Assembly: GCF_000014785.1 (NCBI RefSeq)
Contig: NC_008340.1
Location: 1,830,001 to 1,862,000, forward strand
Origin: Alkalilimnicola ehrlichii MLHE-1
GTDB taxonomy: Bacteria > Pseudomonadota > Gammaproteobacteria > Nitrococcales > Halorhodospiraceae
DNA: 32,000 nucleotides
Reading direction: 5' to 3'
Every line of letters starts with the position of its first letter. Within the stretch, counting starts at the first letter, position 1. The notes under the pieces were generated by a model, which saw only the letters and a list, made by a program, of their open reading frames with translations, had not been told where the DNA came from and did not search any database. This document shows, piece after piece, positions 8,201-17,466 of this stretch. The translations under genes and the position numbers were made by a program.

Positions 8201-8668
8201 TCAGAGCCAGAATCGGCCACCGGCGCCCACGGCGACCGTGACCAGGCCGAGCGCTAGGTTGAAGGCCACCGTGCTGCGGATGGTGGCCAGGTCCTTGGCC
8301 CCCGCGCTCCAGTCCTCCTGGGCCACCGCCCGCCGGAACCGCTGCCAGGGACGGAAAAACAGGTAGGCGAACACGCCGGTCATCACCAGGCCAAGCACGT
8401 GCATCAGGTGGATGTGCATGCCCGATCCGGCGAAGCCGCCGAACACCCCGAAGAGCAGGTAATAACCGGTCGCGAGCAGCACCAGGATCGAGGCCCAGAC
8501 CAGCGGGAAGAAACGGGCGAAGACACCACGCCAGAGCGTCTGCCGGGCCGGCCCCTCCAACGTCTCGGCCGCCACCGGGCGCAGAATGCCCCAGGCGAAG
8601 GCCATGCCGCCCACCCAGAGGACGGCGGCGAGGGCGTGCAGGGCCAGGGCGGTGCTGACGTAGGGCAT
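8201..8668 (-). CDS. CopD-family integral membrane protein
   Basis: 155 aa, four hydrophobic segments, 'ALHALAAVLWVGGMAF' and 'MHIHLMHVLGLVM'. Confidence 0.7.
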   Translation of the reverse strand: MPYVSTALALHALAAVLWVGGMAFAWGILRPVAAETLEGPARQTLWRGVFARFFPLVWASILVLLATGYYLLFGVFGGFAGSGMHIHLMHVLGLVMTGVFAYLFFRPWQRFRRAVAQEDWSAGAKDLATIRSTVAFNLALGLVTVAVGAGGRFWL

Positions 8669-8749
8669 GGCGGTCTCCGGCGGTCGGGTGCGGTCACGGG
8701 GTGCCCTTCCAGCCTAGCAGGCTGCCCTGGGTCCTGGCACGCCGGCCGG

Positions 8750-9622
8750 TCAGTCTCGGCGCGCGCTGATACACCAGGAGCTGGAGGGCATTACCACCTT
8801 GCCTTGATCCAGGTAGGGGCGCAGCGCCTCAGCCAGCGCCTGCTCGATCTCGTCACGTCGCTGCGCCGCGACCTCCCCCGCCTCGCGGAAGACCTCACCC
8901 GCCGGCCCGATGGCCAGCTGAAAGGCGATGGCGTCGTCCAACGAGTCACCCACGGTCACCGGGCCATCAATGCGCTCGAAACCGATATCGCCAAAGCCGG
9001 CGATCTCCAGCTGCCGGGTCACCACCTCCGGATTGGCCATGGAGAACGGTCCCGGACCACAGGTCCGCGCGTCCTCTCCCGGGGGCGGCAGGTAGTCGAG
9101 GACCACCTCCTTCGGCAACCCCAGCCAGGGGTTATCCTCCACGTCGCGCCAGACGATGAACATCAGCTCGCCGCCGGGTCGCAGCGCCGAGCGCACGTTC
9201 CGCATGGCCGCCACGGGATTCTCAAAGAACATCATGCCGAAGCGAGAGAAGGCCATATCGAAGGCAGGCTGGAAGGGATAACGCTCCACGTCCGCCGCCA
9301 CAAAGTCCACGTTATGCAACGCCCGCCGCCGGGCCTCCTCGCGAGCACGCTCCAGGAAGTCGTCGACACAGTCGATCCCCAGCACATAGCCCTGCGCTCC
9401 GGTCTTTTCCGCCAGGGCGAGGGCGGTGTCCCCCCAGCCGCAGCCCACGTCCACCACCCGCGCCCCGGGCGCCAAGGCCAGATTGCCCAGCGGCACGCGG
9501 CTGTGGTAGCTCAACCCGTCCATCAGGATATGGCGAAAGCGGTTGAACTTCACCGCCAGGGTGTCGTTCCAGAACTGGACGTACTCGGTGGGATCTGTCA
9601 CCCCATGCGTGATCTCAGCCAT
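8750..9622 (-). CDS. Class I SAM-dependent methyltransferase
   Basis: 'GARVVDVGCGWGDTALALAEKTG...VLGIDCVDDFLERAR...NVDFVAADVERYPF...FDMAFSRFGMMFFENPVAAMRNVRSALRPGG'. Start set at MAEITHGVTD (9622) rather than the track's 9745. Confidence 0.85.
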   Translation of the reverse strand: MAEITHGVTDPTEYVQFWNDTLAVKFNRFRHILMDGLSYHSRVPLGNLALAPGARVVDVGCGWGDTALALAEKTGAQGYVLGIDCVDDFLERAREEARRRALHNVDFVAADVERYPFQPAFDMAFSRFGMMFFENPVAAMRNVRSALRPGGELMFIVWRDVEDNPWLGLPKEVVLDYLPPPGEDARTCGPGPFSMANPEVVTRQLEIAGFGDIGFERIDGPVTVGDSLDDAIAFQLAIGPAGEVFREAGEVAAQRRDEIEQALAEALRPYLDQGKVVMPSSSWCISARRD

Positions 9623-9919
9623 GGCAGCCGCCCTCCTATACCAGCACAGCCTACTGCTCGACGGCGAATGCATCGCCGCCGCTGATGCGCTGCAGCAGTC
9701 GTGCCTGCCGCATAGCGTCAGGACAGGGGCCAGTCCGCAGGGCAAGGCAAGCCTGCCACCGCAAGAGTGTACGGGGAGTATAGGTTCGCAAGCCCACGAC
9801 TTCTGCGCCGGAGGCCCTGCGGTTTTGCGTGGGCCATCGCCCGTGTGTCGATGGGGAAAGGCAGGTCATCTGCCGCCTGTTCCACACCTACTTCTTCGTG
9901 CGGCCACAGGGGCTTGCCG

Positions 9920-10366
9920 TCAGCGATTCGCCGTCAGGAACCGATCAAGCTCATTGGCGAAGGCCTGGCGGTCGCGCTGGCTCATGGCCGGGGCGCCGCC
10001 CGTGTCCACCCCGCTGGCCCGCAGGGTGTCCATGAAATCGCGCATGTTCAGACGCGCCTTGATATTACTGGTGGTGTAGCGCTCACCACGGGGATTGAGG
10101 GCATGGGCCCCTTTTGCAATCACCTCGGCGGCCAGGGGGATATCGGCGGTAATCACCAGATCCCCCGGCTCGACGCAGCGGACGATTTCGTTGTCCGCCA
10201 CATCGAAACCGGGGGCCACCTGGACCCGGCGAACATACCGCGAGCGTGGCACCCGCACGGGCTGGTTGGCCACCAGGATCAGCGGCGTCCGGGTGCGCTC
10301 CGCCGCCCGGAACAGGAGCTCCTTGATGACACCCGGACAGGCATCGGCGTCCACCCAGATACTCAT
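9920..10366 (-). CDS. YaiI/YqxD family (DUF188) protein
   Basis: '[40 protein letters not shown]...[38 protein letters not shown]'. ATG at 10366 with a GGAGG RBS; the track start at 10537 is too long. Confidence 0.9.
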   Translation of the reverse strand: MSIWVDADACPGVIKELLFRAAERTRTPLILVANQPVRVPRSRYVRRVQVAPGFDVADNEIVRCVEPGDLVITADIPLAAEVIAKGAHALNPRGERYTTSNIKARLNMRDFMDTLRASGVDTGGAPAMSQRDRQAFANELDRFLTANR

Positions 10367-10433
10367 CCAGAGGCCTCCTCCAGCGCCAGTCCAGGCGCTG
10401 GGTAACGGCCTGCCCGGCGGCACTGCGGCATGA

Positions 10434-11717
10434 TCAGCCCTGGCGGGCCGACTGGCCCGGACGGCCACCGCGGCGCCGGCCGCCTTGCGGGCGGTTGCCG
10501 GCCGGCGCGCCGTTGGGCCGCCGGCCGCCGCCGGCACCGCGTCCGGCCGGCTTCTTGAACAACGGTTGCGGCCGCTCGCTGGGATCCGGTTCGAAGCCTG
10601 GCACGATATGCTGATCGATGGGCCGCTTCAGCAGCTTGTGGATACCGTCCAGCAGCTTGTGCTCGTCCACGCAGACCAGCGACAACGCCTCGCCACCCCG
10701 TCCGGCCCGGCCGGTGCGGCCGATGCGGTGGACATAGTCCTCCGGCACGTTGGGCAACTCGTAGTTGACCACATGGGGCAGCTGGTCGATATCCAGCCCG
10801 CGGGCGGCGATGTCCGTGGCCACCAACACCCGGACCCGGCCCTGCTTAAACTGGGCCAGCGCCTTGGTACGGGCGCTCTGGCTCTTGTTGCCATGGATGG
10901 CCGCCGAGCTCAGACCGTCCTGGTCCAGTTGCCGGGCCAACCGATCGGCGCCGTGCTTGGTCCGGGTGAAGACCAGCACCTGCCGCCAGTCACCATCCTG
11001 AATCAGGTTGCTGAGCAGGGCGCGCTTCTCACCGCGGCTGACCGGGTGCACCCGCTGGTTCACGTTCTCGGCGGCGGTGTTGCGGGCGGCCACCTCGATC
11101 TGCGTGGGGTTACGCAGCATGCCCTCGGCCAGTTGGCGGATCTCCTTCGAGAAGGTGGCCGAGAACATCAGGGTCTGGCGCTGCTTCGGCACGGCGGCGA
11201 TCACCCGGCGGATGTCGCGGATGAAGCCCATGTCCAGCATGCGGTCGGCCTCGTCCAGGACCAGCATCTCGACCCCGGAAAGGTCCACGGTGCCCTGGCC
11301 CATGTGGTCCAGCAGCCGGCCGGGGGTGGCCACCACGATGTCGACGCCGCGGCGCAGGGTCTGGATCTGCGGGTTCATGCCCACGCCGCCGAAGATCACT
11401 GCGGTCTTCAACGGCAGCTTGCCACCATAGGTCTTCACACTGTCCCGCACCTGGGCGGCCAGCTCGCGGGTGGGGGTCAGGATAAGGGCGCGCACCCGGC
11501 GACGCCCGCCCTCCGGGCGGTTCTGGCTGAGCCGCTCCAGCATGGGCAGGGTGAACCCGGCCGTCTTGCCGGTACCGGTCTGGGCGGCCGCCATCACGTC
11601 GCCCCCCTGCAGAATGGCCGGGATGGCCTGGGCCTGCACCGGGGTGGGTTTGCTGTAACCCTGTTCAGCGACAGCACGAAGCAGCACGGCCGACAGACCG
11701 AGAGAATCAAATGACAT
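10434..11717 (-). CDS. rhlE: DEAD-box ATP-dependent RNA helicase RhlE
   Basis: '[33 protein letters not shown]', '[12 protein letters not shown]', '[13 protein letters not shown]', '[13 protein letters not shown]', low-complexity G/R-rich tail. Start at 11717, not 11861. Confidence 0.92.
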   Translation of the reverse strand: MSFDSLGLSAVLLRAVAEQGYSKPTPVQAQAIPAILQGGDVMAAAQTGTGKTAGFTLPMLERLSQNRPEGGRRRVRALILTPTRELAAQVRDSVKTYGGKLPLKTAVIFGGVGMNPQIQTLRRGVDIVVATPGRLLDHMGQGTVDLSGVEMLVLDEADRMLDMGFIRDIRRVIAAVPKQRQTLMFSATFSKEIRQLAEGMLRNPTQIEVAARNTAAENVNQRVHPVSRGEKRALLSNLIQDGDWRQVLVFTRTKHGADRLARQLDQDGLSSAAIHGNKSQSARTKALAQFKQGRVRVLVATDIAARGLDIDQLPHVVNYELPNVPEDYVHRIGRTGRAGRGGEALSLVCVDEHKLLDGIHKLLKRPIDQHIVPGFEPDPSERPQPLFKKPAGRGAGGGRRPNGAPAGNRPQGGRRRGGRPGQSARQG

Positions 11718-12015
11718 AGAAAGGATGACTCCTGGGGTGCCTACCCGCACGGCCTTGCGACACAACAGCGGGGCCCGGTCCAGGCAAAAAAAAGGGGTGA
11801 ATTCGGGGAGGCCCTGTGAGGGGGTGACCGCGAACGCGTGACGCCGACCGGAGCGCGCCAACGCCGGGGACTATACCAGTTATCGCGCCTTTCCACACCC
11901 TTTCGCGTGAGATCAGTCGGCCATGGCACAGTCCGGCTGCGGCGGGATTATGGTAATAGTGAGCCTGAGGGCCCCAAAACGACCGTCGTCAGGTAAGAGC
12001 GAGGACCGATCCGGC

Positions 12016-14019
12016 ATGAACGAAGACGCCTCAGCGGCATTGCAGCAGGCCCTGGAATCGAAGGGCGCCGACAACCTGGTGGCGGCCCTGCGCCCAATCA
12101 TCAACTGGTTGCGCCCGGCCGACCCCGCCCAACCGCTGACGGCCGAGCAGCGGGTCTCCACCCTGGCCGAGACCCTGACCCGGCGGGAAGACTTGCGGAC
12201 GCCACTTCAGGCGTTGCTGCGGGCATCGCTCTCCCAGGCCACCCACCTGCCGCTCCACACCGAGATCGGACTCTTCTCCCGGCGCGGTTTCATCGGCGAG
12301 TTCGGCCAGCGCTTCTACGAGCGCCTGAACCCGCGCCCACGCGACCCCGGTAACCTGCGCGACCTGCTTGACCAGCTCTTCGACCGCCCGGACGACCCCG
12401 AGTGGGTGACGGCCGTGCCGGACGCGGCCTGGCTGACCCTGTTCGATGCCCTGGGCCCGTCGGCCGGGGCGACGGACCCGGCCTGTGAGCGGGCCCGCGA
12501 GCAAGCCCTGTACGCGGTGGAGATGCTCTCGCTCTGGGTGGCCGCGGAGGAGCTGGAACCCGAGTTGCTACGCTTGGACCCCGGGCTGGCCGAGCGGGAC
12601 TCCCCCTTCGTGGCCCAGGAACGCGAGGTGGCCGGCTATATCCGCGCTTACAACCAGTGGCTGGAGGAAGCCGATGCGCCCTGCCCCGACGACGGCCATG
12701 CGCGGGCGCTCCTGGAGCAATGCCGCGAACAGCTCGACCACTTCCACCGGCGCGCGGTTACCCTGGGGAGCACGATCGGCCTGACGCACCTGCTGGCGCG
12801 GTTGGAACAGACCCTGGAGCGCATCGTCACCCTGCTCGACATCCTCTCCCCGGCCAGCGGCGCACAGCGGCGCCAGGTAGCGGTCAGGCTGTTCAAGAGC
12901 CTGGTCCGCGAGAATGCGCGCCAAACCAGCCTGCGCGCGCTCTGGCAGGACAACACCCACCTGGTGGCGCGCAGCATCACCGAGCAGGCCAGCAAGACCG
13001 GCGAGCATTACATCACCGAGGACCGTCGCGACTACCTGGGCATGCTCCGGGCCGGGGCCGGCGCCGGACTGATCATCGGTTTCATGGCCTTGATCAAGAT
13101 CCGGCTGGTGGAGATGGGCCTCTCCCCCGGTTGGGAGACCGTCTGGGTCAGTCTCAACTACGGCCTGGGCTTCGTCCTCATCCACATCCTGCACTTCACG
13201 GTGGCCACCAAACAGCCGGCCATGACCGCGGCACGGCTAGCGGCGGTGATCGAGACCGGCGACCAGGGGGCCGCCGACCGCCGGAAACTCGCCCAACTGC
13301 TGCTGCAGGTCGGGCGCTCCCAGTTCGCGGCCGTTGTGGGCAATGTCAGCGTCGCTCTGCCGATAGCGCTGCTGGTGGGGTGGCTAAGCATCAGCGCCTT
13401 CAACACCCCTGCGCTCAGCCCCGGACAGGCCGACTACCTGATGGAGGGGCTGCGTCCGCTGATGGGACTGGCCCTGCTGCACGCCGCCATCGCCGGGGTA
13501 TGGCTGTTCGTGGCCGGGCTGATCGCGGGCTTTTTCGACAACCGGGCGGCCTACCTGGACCTGGCGCGCCGGCTGCGTGGCAACCCCCACCTGGCACGGG
13601 TCCTGCCCGACGGCCCGCGAGCGCGGATCGCCGACTACCTGGACCAGCATTATGGAGCGCTGGCCGGCAACTTCCTGTTCGGCGTCCTGCTCGGCACCAC
13701 CGGCTACGCCGGCTACCTGATCGGCCTGCCGCTGGACATCCAGCACGTCGCCTTCGGCTCGGCCAACCTGGGCTATGCCGCCACCGTGCTGGACCCCGGT
13801 CCGGCGCTCTTTCTGCTCTACCTGGGCTTTGTGCTGTTGATCGGCGCGGTAAACCTCTGGGTGAGCTTCGGGCTGGCGCTGCATGTGGCCCTGCGCGCCC
13901 GCGGCGTGCGTCTGGGCAACCTGAGGGCGCTGGCACGGGCCTACGGCCAGGCGCTGCGCGAGGCGCCCCGGACATTCCTCTTTCCCCCGGGCGATGCACC
14001 AGACCATCCCCGGGACTAG
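12016..14019 (+). CDS. Gcr-type 'site-specific recombinase' family (PF10136-like) protein, most likely an integral membrane protein
   Basis: 'HLPLHTEIGLFSRRGFIGEFGQRFYERLNP', 'AGLIIGFMALIKIRLVEMGLSPGWETVWVSLNYGLGFVLIHILHFTVATKQPAMTA', 'LAGNFLFGVLLGTTGYAGYLIGLPLDIQHVAFGSANLGYA'. ATG at 12016. Confidence 0.8.
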   Translation: MNEDASAALQQALESKGADNLVAALRPIINWLRPADPAQPLTAEQRVSTLAETLTRREDLRTPLQALLRASLSQATHLPLHTEIGLFSRRGFIGEFGQRFYERLNPRPRDPGNLRDLLDQLFDRPDDPEWVTAVPDAAWLTLFDALGPSAGATDPACERAREQALYAVEMLSLWVAAEELEPELLRLDPGLAERDSPFVAQEREVAGYIRAYNQWLEEADAPCPDDGHARALLEQCREQLDHFHRRAVTLGSTIGLTHLLARLEQTLERIVTLLDILSPASGAQRRQVAVRLFKSLVRENARQTSLRALWQDNTHLVARSITEQASKTGEHYITEDRRDYLGMLRAGAGAGLIIGFMALIKIRLVEMGLSPGWETVWVSLNYGLGFVLIHILHFTVATKQPAMTAARLAAVIETGDQGAADRRKLAQLLLQVGRSQFAAVVGNVSVALPIALLVGWLSISAFNTPALSPGQADYLMEGLRPLMGLALLHAAIAGVWLFVAGLIAGFFDNRAAYLDLARRLRGNPHLARVLPDGPRARIADYLDQHYGALAGNFLFGVLLGTTGYAGYLIGLPLDIQHVAFGSANLGYAATVLDPGPALFLLYLGFVLLIGAVNLWVSFGLALHVALRARGVRLGNLRALARAYGQALREAPRTFLFPPGDAPDHPRD

Positions 14020-14101
14020 GGGTCCTTTATCCGTCCGCCCGTGGCGGGCTACCCTGAGGCACCAACACTGCAATAGAAAACGCCGCCGGAGGAGTTATGC
14101 C

Positions 14102-15283
14102 ATGACCGATGACCGCCACCATTTCGGCACCCGAGCGCTCTGGGCCGGCGAGTCCGAGGACCCGCACTGCCGGGACGTGGCCCTGCCGATTCACCACAGT
14201 GTCACCTTCGCCTACGAGGACGTCGACGAGTGGTTCGATGTGGCACTGGACCAGAAGCCCGGCTATATCTATTCGCGCAACAAGAATCCGACCGTCCGCC
14301 CCTTGGAACTGACCATGCGGGCGCTGGAGGGGGCCGAGGAGGCCATCAGCTTCTCCACCGGCATGGCCGCCATCAGCAACACCCTCTATACCCTGCTGGC
14401 CCCCGGCGACCGGGCAGTGGCGATCAAGGATACCTACGGCGGCACCAACAAGATTTTCATCGAGTTCCTGCCCCGGGCCGGGGTGGATGTGGCGATGTGC
14501 GACACCCTCGACTTCGACGGTATCGAGGCGGAGATCCGTAAGGGCTGCAAGCTGCTCTACCTGGAAACGCCCACCAACCCGACCCTGAAGGTGGTCGACA
14601 TCGCCCGGCTCTCCCGGGTGGCCCACGAGCACGGCGCCAAGGTGATTGTGGATAACACCTTCGCCACGCCCATCAACCAGCGGCCGCTGGAACTAGGTGC
14701 AGACCTGGTGGTGTACAGTGCCACCAAGTACCTGAACGGCCACTCCGACGCCATGGGCGGTATCCTCTGCGGCCCCAAGGGGATCGTTGACCAGGTTTAC
14801 CACTACCGGGAGATCAACGGCGCCACCCTCCACGCCAACACCGCCTACATGATCCTGCGCGGGCTGAAGACCCTGGAGCTGCGTATTCAACGCCACAACG
14901 AGAACGCCCAGCGCATCGCCGAGTACTTGCACGATCACCCCAAGGTGGACCACGTCTTCTACCCGGGCCTACCGGATCACCACAACCACGCCATCGCCAA
15001 GGCGCAGATGGACGGTTACGGCGGTATGCTCAGCTTTGCGCTGACCGGCGACTTCGACCAAGTGAAGCGCTTTCTGCCGCGCCTGCACCTGGCCCACAAG
15101 GCCGCCAGCCTGGGCTCCGTTACCACCCTGGTGGGCCCTCCCAGGGTGACCAGCCACGTGGAGCTGACCGCAGAGGAGCGTCGGGCGGCGGGCATTCCGG
15201 AGAGCCTGATCCGCTACTCGGCCGGCATCGAAAACGCCGAAGACTTGATTGCCGACCTGGAGCAGGCCCTGGCCGGCCTCTGA
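14102..15283 (+). CDS. Cystathionine gamma-synthase/beta-lyase family PLP-dependent enzyme
   Basis: 'YSRNKNPTVRPLELTMRALEGAEEAISFSTGMAAI...YGGTNKIF...LYLETPTNPTLKVVDI...VIVDNTFATP...VVYSATKYLNGHSDAMGG'. GGAGGAG RBS. Confidence 0.92.
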   Translation: MTDDRHHFGTRALWAGESEDPHCRDVALPIHHSVTFAYEDVDEWFDVALDQKPGYIYSRNKNPTVRPLELTMRALEGAEEAISFSTGMAAISNTLYTLLAPGDRAVAIKDTYGGTNKIFIEFLPRAGVDVAMCDTLDFDGIEAEIRKGCKLLYLETPTNPTLKVVDIARLSRVAHEHGAKVIVDNTFATPINQRPLELGADLVVYSATKYLNGHSDAMGGILCGPKGIVDQVYHYREINGATLHANTAYMILRGLKTLELRIQRHNENAQRIAEYLHDHPKVDHVFYPGLPDHHNHAIAKAQMDGYGGMLSFALTGDFDQVKRFLPRLHLAHKAASLGSVTTLVGPPRVTSHVELTAEERRAAGIPESLIRYSAGIENAEDLIADLEQALAGL

Positions 15284-15341
15284 CCCGGCAACGGGTCCGG
15301 GCGACAACCCGGCCGCGCCGTGCGGCGCCATCAGCGTCGCC

Positions 15342-15357
15342 GGCCCGGCGCCGGGCC
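15342..15357. repeat. 16-bp perfect palindrome GGCCCGGCGCCGGGCC between convergent genes
   Basis: Read directly: cgccGGCCCGGCGCCGGGCCcgcccggg, in the gap between stops at 15283 (+) and 15373 (-). No T-tract. Confidence 0.4.
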
Positions 15358-15372
15358 CGCCCGGGTCACCGC

Positions 15373-15852
15373 TCAGTCGCGCTGGTAGGTGCCCACCAAC
15401 CGGTTCATACCGATGATCTTCGGCTCAATCCGCTCGAGCAGTTGCCAAAGGCTCAGCCCCGACGGCAGTTGCTCGTCGTCGTTGAGCGCCAGCACCCAGA
15501 AGTAGTACCGGTGCAGGCCGTGCCCCTCCGGGGGCATCGGGCCGCCATAGCCCACATTACCGAAGTCGTTCTTGCCCGGTGTGTACTGGTCCGTCCCCTC
15601 GGCCAGTTCGACCACATCGTTGGGGATGTTATAGAGCACCCAATGCACGAAACCGTAGGTGCCATTGGGGCTGACCAGCGGCGCATCGGGATCGTGGCAG
15701 ATGACCGCGAAGGCGCGAGTGCCATCGGGCACATTGGACCAGGCCAGGGCCGGCGAGACGTCCTCCCCTTCACCGGTATGGCGGGTCGGAATGGCGCCGT
15801 TCTCCTGGAACGCGCCACTGGTGAGTGTGAGATCCGACAATGCAAAGCCCAT
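15373..15852 (-). CDS. YbhB/YbcL family (PEBP-like) protein
   Basis: 159 aa; 'DVSPALAWSNVPDGTRAFAVICHDPDAP...GFVHWVLYNIPNDVVELAEGT...YGGPMPPEGHGLHRYYFWVLALN'. Confidence 0.92.
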   Translation of the reverse strand: MGFALSDLTLTSGAFQENGAIPTRHTGEGEDVSPALAWSNVPDGTRAFAVICHDPDAPLVSPNGTYGFVHWVLYNIPNDVVELAEGTDQYTPGKNDFGNVGYGGPMPPEGHGLHRYYFWVLALNDDEQLPSGLSLWQLLERIEPKIIGMNRLVGTYQRD

Positions 15853-15929
15853 GAGCCGCCTCCTTTGGGTTATGGGTTATCGTCTGACCTGCCCTAGCCT
15901 ACCGCGACGGCTCCACCCATTGCATCCAT

Positions 15930-15958
15930 TTGGGCCGCGGCCAAAGCTCGATTATACT
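15930..15958 (+). promoter_or_regulatory. Candidate sigma-70-like promoter upstream of the KaiB gene
   Basis: TTGGGC (15930-15935), 17-nt spacer, TATACT (15953-15958), in the divergent gap between the PEBP and KaiB genes. Confidence 0.35.
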
Positions 15959-16010
15959 AATCCGATTGTGGGATTCGTTGCGTCGGGGACTTGGTGACAG
16001 GGTGGGGACT

Positions 16011-16307
16011 ATGGCCGAACGCGCTCTATTACGGTTGTTCATCTCGGACCACACCGATCGTTCGCGCCGGGCGCTGGCGAACCTGGAGCGCATCTGCGCG
16101 GAGGAGCTGCGCGGCCGCTACGAGATTGAGATCGTCGACGTGCTGCTCGACCCCCAGGCAGCGGAGAACGAACAGGTCCTCGCAACACCCACACTGATTC
16201 GCGAGCTGCCCCGCCCGATGCGCCGCATCATCGGGGACCTCGCCGATCACGACCAAGTGCTCCGGGATCTGGAGATCCAGCCCCTGGTAGCGGGCGACGG
16301 CGATTGA
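16011..16307 (+). CDS. KaiB-family protein (thioredoxin-like fold)
   Basis: 98 aa: 'MAERALLRLFISDHTDRSRRALANLERICAEELRGRYEIEIVDVLLDPQAAENEQVLATPTLIRELPRPMRRIIGDLADHDQVLRDLEIQP'. The NPQ/DPQ.AE...ILATPTL...LP.P.RRIIGDL core matches KaiB. ATG at 16011. Confidence 0.88.
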   Translation: MAERALLRLFISDHTDRSRRALANLERICAEELRGRYEIEIVDVLLDPQAAENEQVLATPTLIRELPRPMRRIIGDLADHDQVLRDLEIQPLVAGDGD

Positions 16308-16371
16308 GCCGCCAGCCCAACGGCACCAGGCCACCACACTACGTCAACCCTACCGCTAATTAGACACCCGA

Positions 16372-17319
16372 ATGCAGATCAAACAGACCCCCGCCACCCC
16401 CTCCGGCCGGTCGGTGGCCGGCACCCTCTGCGGCGGCGCCGCACGGCGCTGGCTGTCCGTGCATGAGCATCAGGGCCCCGACCCTGAGCCCGGGGACAGC
16501 GAACTGTTCCGGAATATCGTGCGCTATTCCAGCGATGCCATCGTGGTCATCGACGAGGCGGGCACGGTGCGCTACGCCAACCCGGCGGCCGGACGGCTTT
16601 TCGGGCGCGCAGTGAATGCCCTGGTCGGCCGCCCGTTTGCGCTGTCGCTCGGTGGCAAGCGGGCGGAGGTGGACATCGTCCGCCCCAAGGGCGATCTGGT
16701 GGTGGCCGAAATGCACACCGCCCGCATCCCCTGGGGTGATCAGGTGGCCCAGCTTGCGATACTTCGGGACATCACTGAGTGGCGGGAGACCCTCTCGCGG
16801 CTGGACCACCTGGCCCGCTTCGATGCCCTCACCGACCTACCGAACCGCTCGGAATTACAGCGTCAACTGCGCAAGGCGCTGGCCCGGGCCAGTCGACGCA
16901 GCGCACCGCTGGCGGTGCTGTTCCTGGACCTGGACGGCTTCAAGGTGGTGAATGACACCCTGGGCCATTCCGCCGGCGACCGCCTGCTGCGGGAGGTGGC
17001 CATCCGCCTGCATGCCGCCACCCGAACCGGCGATCTCCTGGCGCGCATCGGAGGCGATGAGTTTGTCCTGGTACTTGAGGATTTCCACTGTGCCGAGGAC
17101 GCGGGCCAGGTGGCCAGGAAGCTCATCCGCACCCTGGAGCGCCCGTTCAAACTGGACGGCACCGAGCTGCGTCTGGGTGCCAGCATTGGTATCGCGCGCT
17201 ATCCGGACGATGGCAGCGGCCCGGCAGAGCTGGTCCGGGCGGCGGACCACGCCATGTACCGGGCCAAGGCCGGCGGCCGGGGCACCTACCGCTACGCCAA
17301 TGCACCCCATGAAGACTAG
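16372..17319 (+). CDS. PAS - GGDEF diguanylate cyclase
   Basis: PAS-like 'ELFRNIVRYSSDAIVVIDEAGTVRYANPAAGRLFGRAV'; 'FDALTDLPNR...ARIGGDEFVLVL'. Intact GGDEF with an RxxD (RTGD) five residues upstream. Confidence 0.9.
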   Translation: MQIKQTPATPSGRSVAGTLCGGAARRWLSVHEHQGPDPEPGDSELFRNIVRYSSDAIVVIDEAGTVRYANPAAGRLFGRAVNALVGRPFALSLGGKRAEVDIVRPKGDLVVAEMHTARIPWGDQVAQLAILRDITEWRETLSRLDHLARFDALTDLPNRSELQRQLRKALARASRRSAPLAVLFLDLDGFKVVNDTLGHSAGDRLLREVAIRLHAATRTGDLLARIGGDEFVLVLEDFHCAEDAGQVARKLIRTLERPFKLDGTELRLGASIGIARYPDDGSGPAELVRAADHAMYRAKAGGRGTYRYANAPHED

Positions 17320-17466
17320 CCCCGGGCCGGACACGGGACCGGCAAGCCGTTGTCGGCTTGCGGCTGGGGTTTTCCACATTAGACTTTCTGAATAGCCCAT
17401 ACTGCCCGCAGGCCGCTCCGAAGGTGTCCAACACCCGTATTCTCACTCTGGTTGCTCCCGGTACTG

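Noticed and set aside
8399-9685. 428-aa plus-strand ORF
   Set aside because: Antisense to the methyltransferase and CopD-like genes, which have clear family motifs.
9623-9919. Structural RNA (tRNA, RNase P, SRP, tmRNA) in the gap
   Set aside because: I looked for T-arm, SRP and RNase P core motifs and found none. 'ggttcgcaagcc' superficially recalls a T-loop but has no matching cloverleaf.
12016-14019. Mobile element suggested by a 'site-specific recombinase' family name
   Set aside because: No recombinase catalytic signature recognised, multiple hydrophobic segments, and no att-like repeats, cargo or tRNA target nearby.
16011-16307. A complete circadian clock
   Set aside because: Only KaiB is present. 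There is no KaiC (tandem RecA-like ATPase) or KaiA in the window, so a clock cannot be claimed.
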